From a virus (taxonomy: Duplodnaviria > Caudoviricetes): a stretch of 60,351 nucleotides of DNA. Numbering within the stretch: position 1 is the first letter of the stretch; every line of letters begins with the position of its first letter. Below the pieces are notes generated by a model. That model was given only the letters and a program-made list of their open reading frames with translations, searched no databases and was not told where the DNA came from. Positions 37,157 to 45,864 of the stretch are shown here, one piece after another. Where the stretch lies: positions 1-60,351 of the IMG/VR virus record IMGVR_UViG_3300034121_000953; one strand, 5' to 3'. A program made the position numbers and the translations under genes.

Positions 37157-37609
37157 ATGACAAAACCACAACCCTTGGTTTTCCCCCTTCGTAACTTGTT
37201 TGCAGATAACTTTGTTGTCTACTACAAGACTCATGGCTATCACTTCAATGTGCAAGGCCCAACCTTCGCTCAAGATCATGAACTACTAAACGAAATCTAT
37301 GACTACCTATGGGAGCAACATGACGCTCTGGGAGAACAACTAAGGCAAATGGATAAGCCTGCACCAAGCTCTTTAAAAGCTATCCTCGACATCTCTGAGG
37401 TTACTGAATGCCTGAAGCTGGGGGAGATCAGCTCAGTTATGTTTGCTGAGTTGTCAGATGACTTTGAAACACTGATAACTAATGCTCAGTGGTTGTTTGC
37501 AAACTCAGAGGAATGTGGTGGGTTGAATACCTTCATCGGAGACTACATAAAGGGCTTGAGCAAGCTACATTGGAAAGTTAAAGCAACATTGAATAGGAGT
37601 ATGAAGTAA
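37157..37609 (+). CDS. dps: Dps / ferritin-like protein
   Basis: KTHGYHFNVQGPTFAQDHELLNEIY...HDALGEQLR matches the Dps signature. Confidence 0.85.
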   Translation: MTKPQPLVFPLRNLFADNFVVYYKTHGYHFNVQGPTFAQDHELLNEIYDYLWEQHDALGEQLRQMDKPAPSSLKAILDISEVTECLKLGEISSVMFAELSDDFETLITNAQWLFANSEECGGLNTFIGDYIKGLSKLHWKVKATLNRSMK

Positions 37610-37866
37610 TGGCTGAATATAAAAACTATAACCTCTTTGCATTGCAAGGAGATACTGAAACCACAGATATTGAGGTGTGCAGTAATCTAGGACTTAATCC
37701 ATTGCTGGCAGGCACCCCTGAAATTAATGAAGCTGCTATTAAAAAAATGCACAAAGAAAATTATGATACGTATGTTAAACGCGGTTACACTGAAGAAGAC
37801 GCAAGCCGTTTGTCAGATGCAGCTGCAAATAAAACCCGCAAAAAAATTAGAGCATTAATGCCCTAA
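37609..37866 (+). CDS. Hypothetical protein
   Basis: 85 aa; last gene of the plus-strand arm. Confidence 0.65.
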   Translation: MAEYKNYNLFALQGDTETTDIEVCSNLGLNPLLAGTPEINEAAIKKMHKENYDTYVKRGYTEEDASRLSDAAANKTRKKIRALMP

Positions 37867-37905
37867 AAAATAACCCCTTAAGGATTACTCCTTAGGGGGT
37901 TTTTA
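37865..37905. terminator. Bidirectional rho-independent terminator between the convergent arms
   Basis: A-run, AACCCCTTAAGGA-TTAC-TCCTTAGGGGGTT hairpin, T-run. Confidence 0.85.
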
Positions 37906-37906
37906 T

Positions 37907-40900
37907 TTATTCTTCGCTTGAAAACGCTTTATTGTAATTGCTGACATATTTTTCATCAGCTGTTTCAACATTAATTCCAGGGGTAAAATGCCCTGTTGCA
38001 ATACCAGAGCCAGCATAACTCATTTGGGCAATACCATGTTTCTTAACATCAGTGTGCTGCCTAAGGGTATCGTAGTTTCCTTGAACACTACTTGGAAAAT
38101 CATTAACCCAAGAAGCAAGTTCATTTTTAGGCCCATTTAATTTTAAATGATTTTCAGCTAATTTAAATAGCTCTTTAAAGTTATTACCTTTAACGGCTAA
38201 ATTAGCTACGCCATTAACCCAACCAGATTTAGTTGCTGAACTTAATACTGCCGTATCTTTTGCTACTTTCTTTTCCCAACCAGCAAGCCCCCCATACCTG
38301 TCAATATACCGTGCTTTGTATACCGGATCTTTAAGCTTGTTGTCAATTTCATCAAAGAACGCACCCATAGATGCATATTCTCCATTAGATCCAATACCTA
38401 CAATTTGATCTTCAACACTGTCAAATACTCTTTGTCGTGCATCCTCATATGATTTGTTTAGCCTGCTTGCAAACTTAGCAATTTCTGGAACAGCTCTTGG
38501 AATAGCAACATTGTTGTATGCATTGCGATAAATATGCATTGTATCCATAGTTGTAATTAATGAATCATGAACAGTTGCAACTGGCAACGGAATTTTTTGA
38601 TCAGCATTAACATACAACGTCATAATCTTAAGCAAGTCACCATCAGTTGATTGAATAGGCATAACACCCATTAGCCTTGACAAAGAAGATCCTAAAGGAT
38701 TTTCAAAGGTATCAAACTCTTTGGTACGTCTGTTCCAAAAGAACTGTGTTCCTTTAGTTGCAGAAGGATTATTCTGCCTAACTGCTTTGTTAACGCTTGC
38801 TTCTCGGGTATTGGGTAGGCCATAAGTAGTTGACTCATAATTTCTGGCTTGAGTTAAATATTCAGTGCCTGAATCAGTCAGGTTAGTTATTGCTTCTTCT
38901 TTGGGTTTGTTAGCGTTAGGTACAAAACCTACATCAGTAGATGAATAGTACCATGTATCGCCTGTTAAACCTTTGTGCGCAGGTGTTTCATTTAATATAG
39001 CAAAACCGCGACCAATATTTTTAAGCATTCTGATAAGGGTAGGATCAATTACTTTAGATAATGTATGCTCCATAGCAAAAGAAAGATTGTTAGCTGCTTC
39101 TGCAGGAGTTGCATACAACGTAGAACCAATCAAATGTTTATCCACAAAACCCGAATACTTATCATCCTCTAGCATATCAAGTATATGTTCAAAAAACATA
39201 GACCCGTGTTTGCCGTAAGAGTGCTGCATCAATGGTGCTTTAAATAAATCAGAAGCCATTTTGTCAGGGTTAGCATCATATGCTTCATCAAAAAATTGAG
39301 ACCAAGCCTCATATGCCTCTATATCTTCTCCTAAAATCTCTTTAAGAGAGCTAGTAATCTGATTCATAGCAAAGCCACGCATATCTTTTAAATTAGGATT
39401 GAATGTTCCTAATCGAGATAATGGATCAGCGCCAGCAGCTTGAGCAGCAGCATACAATGCTTGCAAAAAGATACCATTCTGATTACCGTCATCATAATTT
39501 AGTGATGTTAACCTTACTGCTTTTTGATTTTGTTTATTATCAAACGCATTTTGCAATTGAAACATATCATCCCACAGGCTCATGTGGCCCTGAGCTTCAC
39601 CCCTAGGCATTCTACTTAGCAATTGAGCAATACTAGAATTAGAGTCTTCAGGGTTTTCTAGCCAAGCATTATACTCTTTACCAAGCATAGCTAAATGTTT
39701 GGCTATTGCAGGGGTATAAGCATTAATAGCATCAAGCTCAGATACCTTAGCCATACCTGGTTTTGTTACATTAGGATCACCGGAAAAAGTGTGATACTCT
39801 CTTACAGCAGATTCCATAAGGCCTAACGCCGCCCTAATAGTAGGAGATAGCGCCATAAGAGCTTTATGCCTGTCTTCGCCTTTAAGCTTAAATATTCTCC
39901 TAGCTATTTCTTTAATAGGGTTAATATTGGCCTCACCACCAAACAAATCAATTCCTTTAGCATGAGATTTAATCCCAAAACCAAGCATTTGTCGGATGCC
40001 ATTTTTAGAAGCAAGAATATCAGTGCCTGCATTTAACCTAAACATTCGTTGATTTGCTGTTGAATGGGAATAAGCAGTATACCTTAATCCTCCTTGAGCT
40101 TTTGCATTATCAATGTCATATTGAATAAGAGATAACTGATTGTCAATTTCATCTCTTGCATGAGCTTCTTTGCGATCTTCAAATTTTTGTTGTTCTTCTT
40201 GATTTTTAGGATTAAAATTTCTGTCAGGAGAAACATTCCTTTTTAGTTTATTAAAACTAGCTCGATCTACCTTATGATTAGCCGCAAAAATACTTGTAGA
40301 ATATCCATTCTCTTTATTAAAGTTTTTAATAATATCAGCTACTTCTAATTCTCTTTGCAAAATAGCTTTAGGTTCAAATTGTTCCGCAATTGACCCCATA
40401 ATATCTTTAGTTGCTTCAGCAGCAGGATAAGTTGCACCTCTAATTGGAATAGATTTGGTAGTTAATTGAGAACCCGGTTTAGATAACATACCCCCTGCAA
40501 TTTGTGGTGTAGTTGAAGAAAGCATTCGTTTATTATCACCGGACAAAGCACCAATTACTCTACTTAAATTTCTTGCAGTAGCTTTTGTTTCAGGTGTTGC
40601 GGCGTATACCCATTTACCTTCTTTATTCTTATAAGGTCTGTAACTATCACCTTTATCAATCTCAGCAAGGATAGTTGCTTCAGATAATTTGCGAGTAGCT
40701 TCGGGATCAATTGCTACACCCATTCTTTCAAATGCATTGTTCATTGAATGCATCATTGAATTAACTAAATTTTCTTTAGACATAGTACCAGCAATAGTAT
40801 TACCTGAATAATCTTGGGGATCTTTGTCTTGATTGTTTCTGTTTTGAAAAGTATTAGCCTGCTCTACAGCACCTGCATTGGCAATGCCAACAATTAATGG

Positions 40901-41650
40901 TAAAGAAGCCATAATATTATCAGGGATGTTATACTTATCTGCAATAGCTAATCCAGCGGCAACCCCCATATAATCAGGATCCATTGACGTAACATACGCA
41001 CTATCCGGGTCAAATAAATTAGCAATAGACCGTGAAGCCACGTTAGCTAATGAAGTAGCCGCTTCGTCACTCCACTTAGAAATTTGTTTTTCAGGAATGT
41101 TACCTTGTAAATAGTCTTTTTTAGGGCCAGCGGGTAGCTCAGCGGACACCTCGTTTCGAATGCCCATAATCCTGTTAGCTTGGTCAACATAACTTTCTTC
41201 CTGCATAACAGGTGCCATGTTTGCTTTAGTCTCAAGTTCTGCTTGCTGTTGCTCAGCGTACTGCTGCATAGGAATAGGTTCAGCGTCATATTGCTCGGTT
41301 TGAGGATTCCAAATAGCATTACCTTCTTCATCTAGAGATGGCTGAAACCTCTGCCTTGCGCCTAATGCCGACCGAGAAGATGCTGCTAGTTCTTCTGGCG
41401 TTGTCTCTGCAGTAATAGGGGGGCTGTTAACTACACCAATTAAGCCCTTACCTTCTGGAGAAGGAATAGGTGTATCTAATTGCGGAACATAGCTTGATAA
41501 ATTAGTAGTAACGCCTTGAGAAGCAGGCATAGGTACTGCAGGCAACGGAGATGCTTCCCCAAAAATTGATCCTCGTTGTCGTGCTCTTTCAGCATTTGTC
41601 AAAACACCTTCAGTATTAACTTGAATACTTGGCTTAATTGGTAATGGCAT
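37907..41650 (-). CDS. Putative virion-encapsidated single-subunit RNA polymerase (1247 aa)
   Basis: YDDGNQNG (A), FKAPLMQHSYG (B), PIQSTDG, TVHDSL (C) in the correct order; no Cys seen; last gene of the ejection-protein block. Confidence 0.8.
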   Translation of the reverse strand: MPLPIKPSIQVNTEGVLTNAERARQRGSIFGEASPLPAVPMPASQGVTTNLSSYVPQLDTPIPSPEGKGLIGVVNSPPITAETTPEELAASSRSALGARQRFQPSLDEEGNAIWNPQTEQYDAEPIPMQQYAEQQQAELETKANMAPVMQEESYVDQANRIMGIRNEVSAELPAGPKKDYLQGNIPEKQISKWSDEAATSLANVASRSIANLFDPDSAYVTSMDPDYMGVAAGLAIADKYNIPDNIMASLPLIVGIANAGAVEQANTFQNRNNQDKDPQDYSGNTIAGTMSKENLVNSMMHSMNNAFERMGVAIDPEATRKLSEATILAEIDKGDSYRPYKNKEGKWVYAATPETKATARNLSRVIGALSGDNKRMLSSTTPQIAGGMLSKPGSQLTTKSIPIRGATYPAAEATKDIMGSIAEQFEPKAILQRELEVADIIKNFNKENGYSTSIFAANHKVDRASFNKLKRNVSPDRNFNPKNQEEQQKFEDRKEAHARDEIDNQLSLIQYDIDNAKAQGGLRYTAYSHSTANQRMFRLNAGTDILASKNGIRQMLGFGIKSHAKGIDLFGGEANINPIKEIARRIFKLKGEDRHKALMALSPTIRAALGLMESAVREYHTFSGDPNVTKPGMAKVSELDAINAYTPAIAKHLAMLGKEYNAWLENPEDSNSSIAQLLSRMPRGEAQGHMSLWDDMFQLQNAFDNKQNQKAVRLTSLNYDDGNQNGIFLQALYAAAQAAGADPLSRLGTFNPNLKDMRGFAMNQITSSLKEILGEDIEAYEAWSQFFDEAYDANPDKMASDLFKAPLMQHSYGKHGSMFFEHILDMLEDDKYSGFVDKHLIGSTLYATPAEAANNLSFAMEHTLSKVIDPTLIRMLKNIGRGFAILNETPAHKGLTGDTWYYSSTDVGFVPNANKPKEEAITNLTDSGTEYLTQARNYESTTYGLPNTREASVNKAVRQNNPSATKGTQFFWNRRTKEFDTFENPLGSSLSRLMGVMPIQSTDGDLLKIMTLYVNADQKIPLPVATVHDSLITTMDTMHIYRNAYNNVAIPRAVPEIAKFASRLNKSYEDARQRVFDSVEDQIVGIGSNGEYASMGAFFDEIDNKLKDPVYKARYIDRYGGLAGWEKKVAKDTAVLSSATKSGWVNGVANLAVKGNNFKELFKLAENHLKLNGPKNELASWVNDFPSSVQGNYDTLRQHTDVKKHGIAQMSYAGSGIATGHFTPGINVETADEKYVSNYNKAFSSEE

Positions 41651-41658
41651 AATTTTCC

Positions 41659-44600
41659 TTATTTAAAATATTTAGCTACCTCACTGGCAACTATAGGGAA
41701 GCTACCAGCTAGAGGAGCAGCCCTGACTAATGATTTAACACCTTTGGCGGTATCGCCCATTGAAACATCAACAGCACCACCAATTGCTTTCTTGGCCCAT
41801 GCTGCTTGCGGTGATATACCTGTTGCTTTAGACACGCCCCAAGCAAGTGGATCTGTAGTAATGTTTGGGCCTTTACTTGTTGGGTACAGCGGAGATAAGG
41901 TATCTACTACTTTTTCAAATTGACCCAGCAAACCAGACGCATTTAACGTGCGTTGGGCTTGTTTTACTTTTGTTTTAATGTAAGGATTATCTTCGCCATA
42001 TGCCAGCATATCTTTAAGCATATTCATCAAATGACCTGTAATTAAAGTTGAAACAATAACACTAAAAGCTTGATACCTCATACCAGCATTGCCATTAAGT
42101 ATGTAATCCCGGTACAGGCGAGGTAAAATAATTGCATGTGCTGCTGCCATAAATCTACCCATTGAAGTAACTAACCTTAGCCTGGGATCATGAAAATATT
42201 TAGGTAAATTATGAGCTTGGGGGTTAACTACTTTAGAATCTACAAAATTAGATAAAGAAGTTTTTATATTCTCATTAAGATATTGAATTCTTTCATCTAA
42301 ATAATTAGGCCCTTCAATAAAATCTCGGCTTAATGGATTTAAATCAGGTGCTATATCAAGTATATCTAATACAGCATTAATATTCATTCCATACTTTTGA
42401 AGCTCAGTAACTGCTTGTTGCTGCTCCTTAGTCAACCCATTCCCCGTTGCAAATGCAACATCTCTCTCAGCTGGATTTATGCCTTTTAAAAGGCTCAAGT
42501 GAGTAAGCATAACATCAGCGCCTACAGACAAAGCTGCAAGCCTTAACGCATCTGTTTGCGCTTCTAAACCAATTACCCTGACAAACAAACTCATTGCTTT
42601 TCGTTGGTTAACATCATCATGCTCAAATTTACTTTGAGCGTTATAGCCAGCTTCTTTAAACCCTAATTCATGAAACAAATTTCTGTTAAACTGACGCTGA
42701 TATAGCTCTTCAATTTTATTTTGAATATTTTGAATGTCTTGTGGGCTGTTATTTTCTTTGTAAAGATCCTCATTTAAACGATCTAATTCTTTTTGTATTG
42801 TTAATTTAGGAATTGACCTAAGAGCATTAATGCCTACCAAAGAAGCAGTAAAGCTGCTAAAAGAAGTTACTTCGCTTTTAATTTCTGATGCAAGTTCTTT
42901 TACATAAGTTGAAACTTGTTTGTTTATATGTTCTGCTTGGGTTCCAAGAACGGACATAGCAACTTCTGTTTGAGAAGACAATGCTGCTTTCCCTAATGAA
43001 GAAAGCATTGCAAGAACGGTAGTCCACCCCATAATTTTCTTATAAATTGGGTAATCATCTAATGAATGAAAATTACCATTTTGAATATCTACCCATGCCT
43101 TTACCTCTGTTGCTGCCTTATTAAAAGACTGCCTAGTACTTGGTTCTTTTGGATCTCCAAATTCACCGTTATCAAAAGCTTTAACTAACAATTTACCTAT
43201 AACTGAACCCCCATCTCCAATATATTTCTTCCTCATAATAGCGCTAGCCATGTGGTCTTTAATAGAATCAATATTAGCAAATGTATTATTTTGAAACAAA
43301 TGAGCTAAAGCAGGGTTAGTAAATGCGCCTTGTTTTGCCATAAAATCTCGAGCAACAGAGGCTTTAGATTTATTACCTGACAAAATACCATCAACTGCGT
43401 CGTTTGCTTCTAATGCCGTGGCTCCTGCACGAATAAGTTCACGAACTACTAGGGGTCTATTTGCTTGAAATTCTTTAGGATTAATTAATGACGCCTCAAA
43501 TAAAGCATTGGTGTTAGACACAATGTTCATAGGAACACCACTGACAGAAGCATCACGCATTATTTCCATACGTGTATCATCAGTAGTATCTTTCCAATTC
43601 TGCAATATTTTATTTTGCAAAGTATCTTCTGGTAATTTTTCGTTTTTTGACCAATGAGAAGCCCATGCACTTTGTACTAAAGTGTTAACTGTTTCTTTGT
43701 TAACGCCTAATTTACCTGATAGCACATCAGGGCCATCATACATACTTGTCCATTTACCAACAAGATTTTGAGAAAATTTAAAAGCAGAAGCTCCAGGTAA
43801 TACTTCTCCTCCCATAATAGCTTTGGCGTAACCAAGGTATTTATTTACCGTGCCATTTTTACTGATAACATCTGGAATAGCACTATATTGTAGTTGGCGC
43901 AACAACAAACCAGGATCTTTAATAAGTCCTTTTGTTCGTTCCCAAAAAGAAACGTTAGATGGGGCTAAATCATTTATATTGTTGCTTTTAAAATTAGGGC
44001 TATCATAAGCTGAGCTTCCTTCTTGGTCAACCATATTACTAATATCTAGATAGCCACCTTGGTTATTCCTCAATTTATCATAGTTGTCTGCCTGAAATTG
44101 CTGCACTTGACTGGCATTACCTTCAAACATTTTTTTACCATCAACTAGAGAGTGCCATTGTGCTGCATCTTTTACCATGCTAGGTGCATGTAGTACCCCT
44201 GCCAAACCAAAGCCTCCTGCAGCAGCATTTAGCAATTGATCATAATATCCTTTTTCATATTTATAATTAGAGTTTATATCACCTGATTTAGCAACAATTT
44301 CAAGCCATGTTTGTGTAGTTTCGGTTCCTGCTTCTGTAAGACCTTTAGCTGTTAAAACACCAGCTCCTCTTGCCATAGCTGAGGCAGAGGCGTATTGAGA
44401 TCTGGCAAATTTTTCTCCAAATTCAGCAAGAGCCATTACTTCTCGTTTAGTTGCAGAAGCTAGTAATTCTTTAGCAGCTGCTAATGGAATACTTTTTGCT
44501 GTGGCAACTCTTGTTGCAAGCTCTTTAAAACCTGTAGTAGTAAAAGCGTTTATCCCACGACCTAACGATACGTGCAAACCTATTTTGTCAAGCGCCGAGG

Positions 44601-45855
44601 CAATTACCCCGGCTCCATAAGCAAGAGAAGAATTCTTTTTGTCTTTGGGTTGATCATGGTAATAAGCTCCAGCGTTAATAAGCCCCATTGGGATTACTGA
44701 AAGAACTGCAGCTGGTGCACCAACACCAACTAAACTTACAGCAGCAATACCTGAAGCAGTAACACCTGCAACATAAGGGAGCATACTACCAAGATTATTA
44801 AAAACCCATTGGCTGGTGTCTTTTACAGTGTTCCAAGCACCTTGTTCTGTGCTGATGTCTGTAAAATTAGAAAGAGTAGAAGGTAAATCACTGGCCGCTA
44901 AGTTAAAATAAGTAGCTGCATTTTTACCCCTATTTTTTAAAAAATCCCACTTAAGATCGTCTCCTACTTGCTCAATATAACCACCCATACCTTTCATAAT
45001 AGAGCCATACCAAGTGTTAACCATAGCATCAGTAAACTGATTATTAGACTGATTCATAATATTACGATCAGAAGGTTGGAAATTAACTCCTGCTACATAG
45101 TCCGGGGTTGTTGCAGCGTAAAACAATTCTTCACGCGCAGTATTCAATCTTTTTGTCAGCAAAGCTCGAGCTGACTCAGGTAAATTAGGTTGGTTTAATT
45201 GTTCTTCAACTTCTTTAATTTCTTTGGCAGCAGCATTGCTTCCTACATTCCCAATAGATTTTTTAAAGGCTTCATATTGGTCAGGAGATTGGAGATTCAT
45301 CCTTGCCCTGTATTGAGGGGTGTTAGTTGCAATAGACTGCTCAAGTTCTTTTCTTCGGTATTGATTAACTAGTGCTAATGTTGGGTCTTGAGCAGCTAGC
45401 TCAGGAAACAATCTGGAGTAAGAAGAAGTAAGCAACCGAGCATTAATATCTGTTTGCGGAGTAAATTGATTTACATCAGCTAAACCCGTTTTTACTGCAA
45501 AAGTACTTGCCTTTTCACCTTGAGGTGTTTCAAGTTCAACAGATGTTCTATTATACCGAGCGCTACCTTGTGGTTTAACAACATTAAAACCTTGCGCTGA
45601 AAGAACACGAGGTATTTCTTGAGCTACGCCTTGATACCCCGGAGGAGTAAATATTCCTTTTTCATTGTGGGCAATTTCAGGTGCGTTGTATAGTGTACGA
45701 CCTGTAAAATTTCCTACCGTAAATGTATCAGGATCTTTCCATTTAATAGGGCTGTCACTAATTTGGCCATACATGTTTACAGCAGTGTTTTTTGGTTTTA
45801 AACGTTCACGTTCTGCCATTACCTGCTGGTATGCAGCCTCAAAAGTATCATCCAT
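41659..45855 (-). CDS. Large internal virion/ejection protein (1398 aa) with an N-terminal thermonuclease-like segment
   Basis: No Cys seen; Gly/Ala hydrophobic stretches; podovirus ejection-block position; DPDTF...NAPE...RYNR...TGLA. Confidence 0.7.
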   Translation of the reverse strand: MDDTFEAAYQQVMAERERLKPKNTAVNMYGQISDSPIKWKDPDTFTVGNFTGRTLYNAPEIAHNEKGIFTPPGYQGVAQEIPRVLSAQGFNVVKPQGSARYNRTSVELETPQGEKASTFAVKTGLADVNQFTPQTDINARLLTSSYSRLFPELAAQDPTLALVNQYRRKELEQSIATNTPQYRARMNLQSPDQYEAFKKSIGNVGSNAAAKEIKEVEEQLNQPNLPESARALLTKRLNTAREELFYAATTPDYVAGVNFQPSDRNIMNQSNNQFTDAMVNTWYGSIMKGMGGYIEQVGDDLKWDFLKNRGKNAATYFNLAASDLPSTLSNFTDISTEQGAWNTVKDTSQWVFNNLGSMLPYVAGVTASGIAAVSLVGVGAPAAVLSVIPMGLINAGAYYHDQPKDKKNSSLAYGAGVIASALDKIGLHVSLGRGINAFTTTGFKELATRVATAKSIPLAAAKELLASATKREVMALAEFGEKFARSQYASASAMARGAGVLTAKGLTEAGTETTQTWLEIVAKSGDINSNYKYEKGYYDQLLNAAAGGFGLAGVLHAPSMVKDAAQWHSLVDGKKMFEGNASQVQQFQADNYDKLRNNQGGYLDISNMVDQEGSSAYDSPNFKSNNINDLAPSNVSFWERTKGLIKDPGLLLRQLQYSAIPDVISKNGTVNKYLGYAKAIMGGEVLPGASAFKFSQNLVGKWTSMYDGPDVLSGKLGVNKETVNTLVQSAWASHWSKNEKLPEDTLQNKILQNWKDTTDDTRMEIMRDASVSGVPMNIVSNTNALFEASLINPKEFQANRPLVVRELIRAGATALEANDAVDGILSGNKSKASVARDFMAKQGAFTNPALAHLFQNNTFANIDSIKDHMASAIMRKKYIGDGGSVIGKLLVKAFDNGEFGDPKEPSTRQSFNKAATEVKAWVDIQNGNFHSLDDYPIYKKIMGWTTVLAMLSSLGKAALSSQTEVAMSVLGTQAEHINKQVSTYVKELASEIKSEVTSFSSFTASLVGINALRSIPKLTIQKELDRLNEDLYKENNSPQDIQNIQNKIEELYQRQFNRNLFHELGFKEAGYNAQSKFEHDDVNQRKAMSLFVRVIGLEAQTDALRLAALSVGADVMLTHLSLLKGINPAERDVAFATGNGLTKEQQQAVTELQKYGMNINAVLDILDIAPDLNPLSRDFIEGPNYLDERIQYLNENIKTSLSNFVDSKVVNPQAHNLPKYFHDPRLRLVTSMGRFMAAAHAIILPRLYRDYILNGNAGMRYQAFSVIVSTLITGHLMNMLKDMLAYGEDNPYIKTKVKQAQRTLNASGLLGQFEKVVDTLSPLYPTSKGPNITTDPLAWGVSKATGISPQAAWAKKAIGGAVDVSMGDTAKGVKSLVRAAPLAGSFPIVASEVAKYFK

Positions 45856-45864
45856 ATATTTCCT

